From: Macrostomum lignano
Lineage: Eukaryota
Assembly: GCA_002269645.1 (NCBI GenBank)
Contig: NIVC01003916.1
Coordinates: 1 to 22,384, forward strand
Reading direction: 5' to 3'
Length of the DNA: 22,384 nucleotides
Below are positions 22,347 through 22,384 of the stretch, piece after piece. The first letter of the stretch is position 1. Each line of letters opens with the position of its first letter. Under the pieces are notes generated by a model. It was not told the origin of the DNA, did no database searches, and was given only the letters and a program-made list of their open reading frames with translations. The position numbers were made by a program, and so were the translations under genes.

Positions 22347-22384
22347 CTGCTTCGGCAGCATACATTTCGCCCAGTAGACTGCTG
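22347..22384 (-). CDS. Probable upstream exon of the MULE transposase (…SSLLGEMYAAEA), open to the window edge
   Basis: Donor CAG|GTGAGA at 22346 and a 169-nt AT-rich intron to 22178. The phase-1 join is in frame. An in-frame ATG at 22365 would give 515 aa. Confidence 0.6.

Noticed and set aside
22347-22358. CTGC-TTCG-GCAG hairpin as a TE terminus or terminator
   Set aside because: It has a 4-bp stem and is better explained as exon sequence next to a splice donor. No inverted partner was found in the window.

Overview
Eukaryotic, AT-rich, repeat-dense DNA with short spliceosomal introns, probably from an invertebrate (host not determinable from the sequence). Most of the window appears to be one ~18.1-kb autonomous rolling-circle transposon of the Helentron/Helitron2 (HLE2) group on the minus strand (~2528-20652). 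It is bounded by a 13-bp asymmetric inverted repeat, a 3' stem-loop and TT ends. It encodes an apparently intact three-exon ~2159-aa OTU-DUF6570-HUH Rep-PIF1 helicase protein with no C-terminal endonuclease. It also carries a ~6-kb 15-bp satellite with higher-order structure starting right after the stop codon, a nested 630-bp non-autonomous canonical Helitron in intron 1, a 528-bp tandem duplication and two long perfect palindromes near its 5' end. The 5' terminus overlaps the stop codon of an intact, GC-rich, spliced FLYWCH-MULE transposase gene (20649->22365 or beyond). The left flank holds a (TATC)n tract and two minisatellites. Termini, splice sites and repeat periods were read by eye and need computational confirmation.
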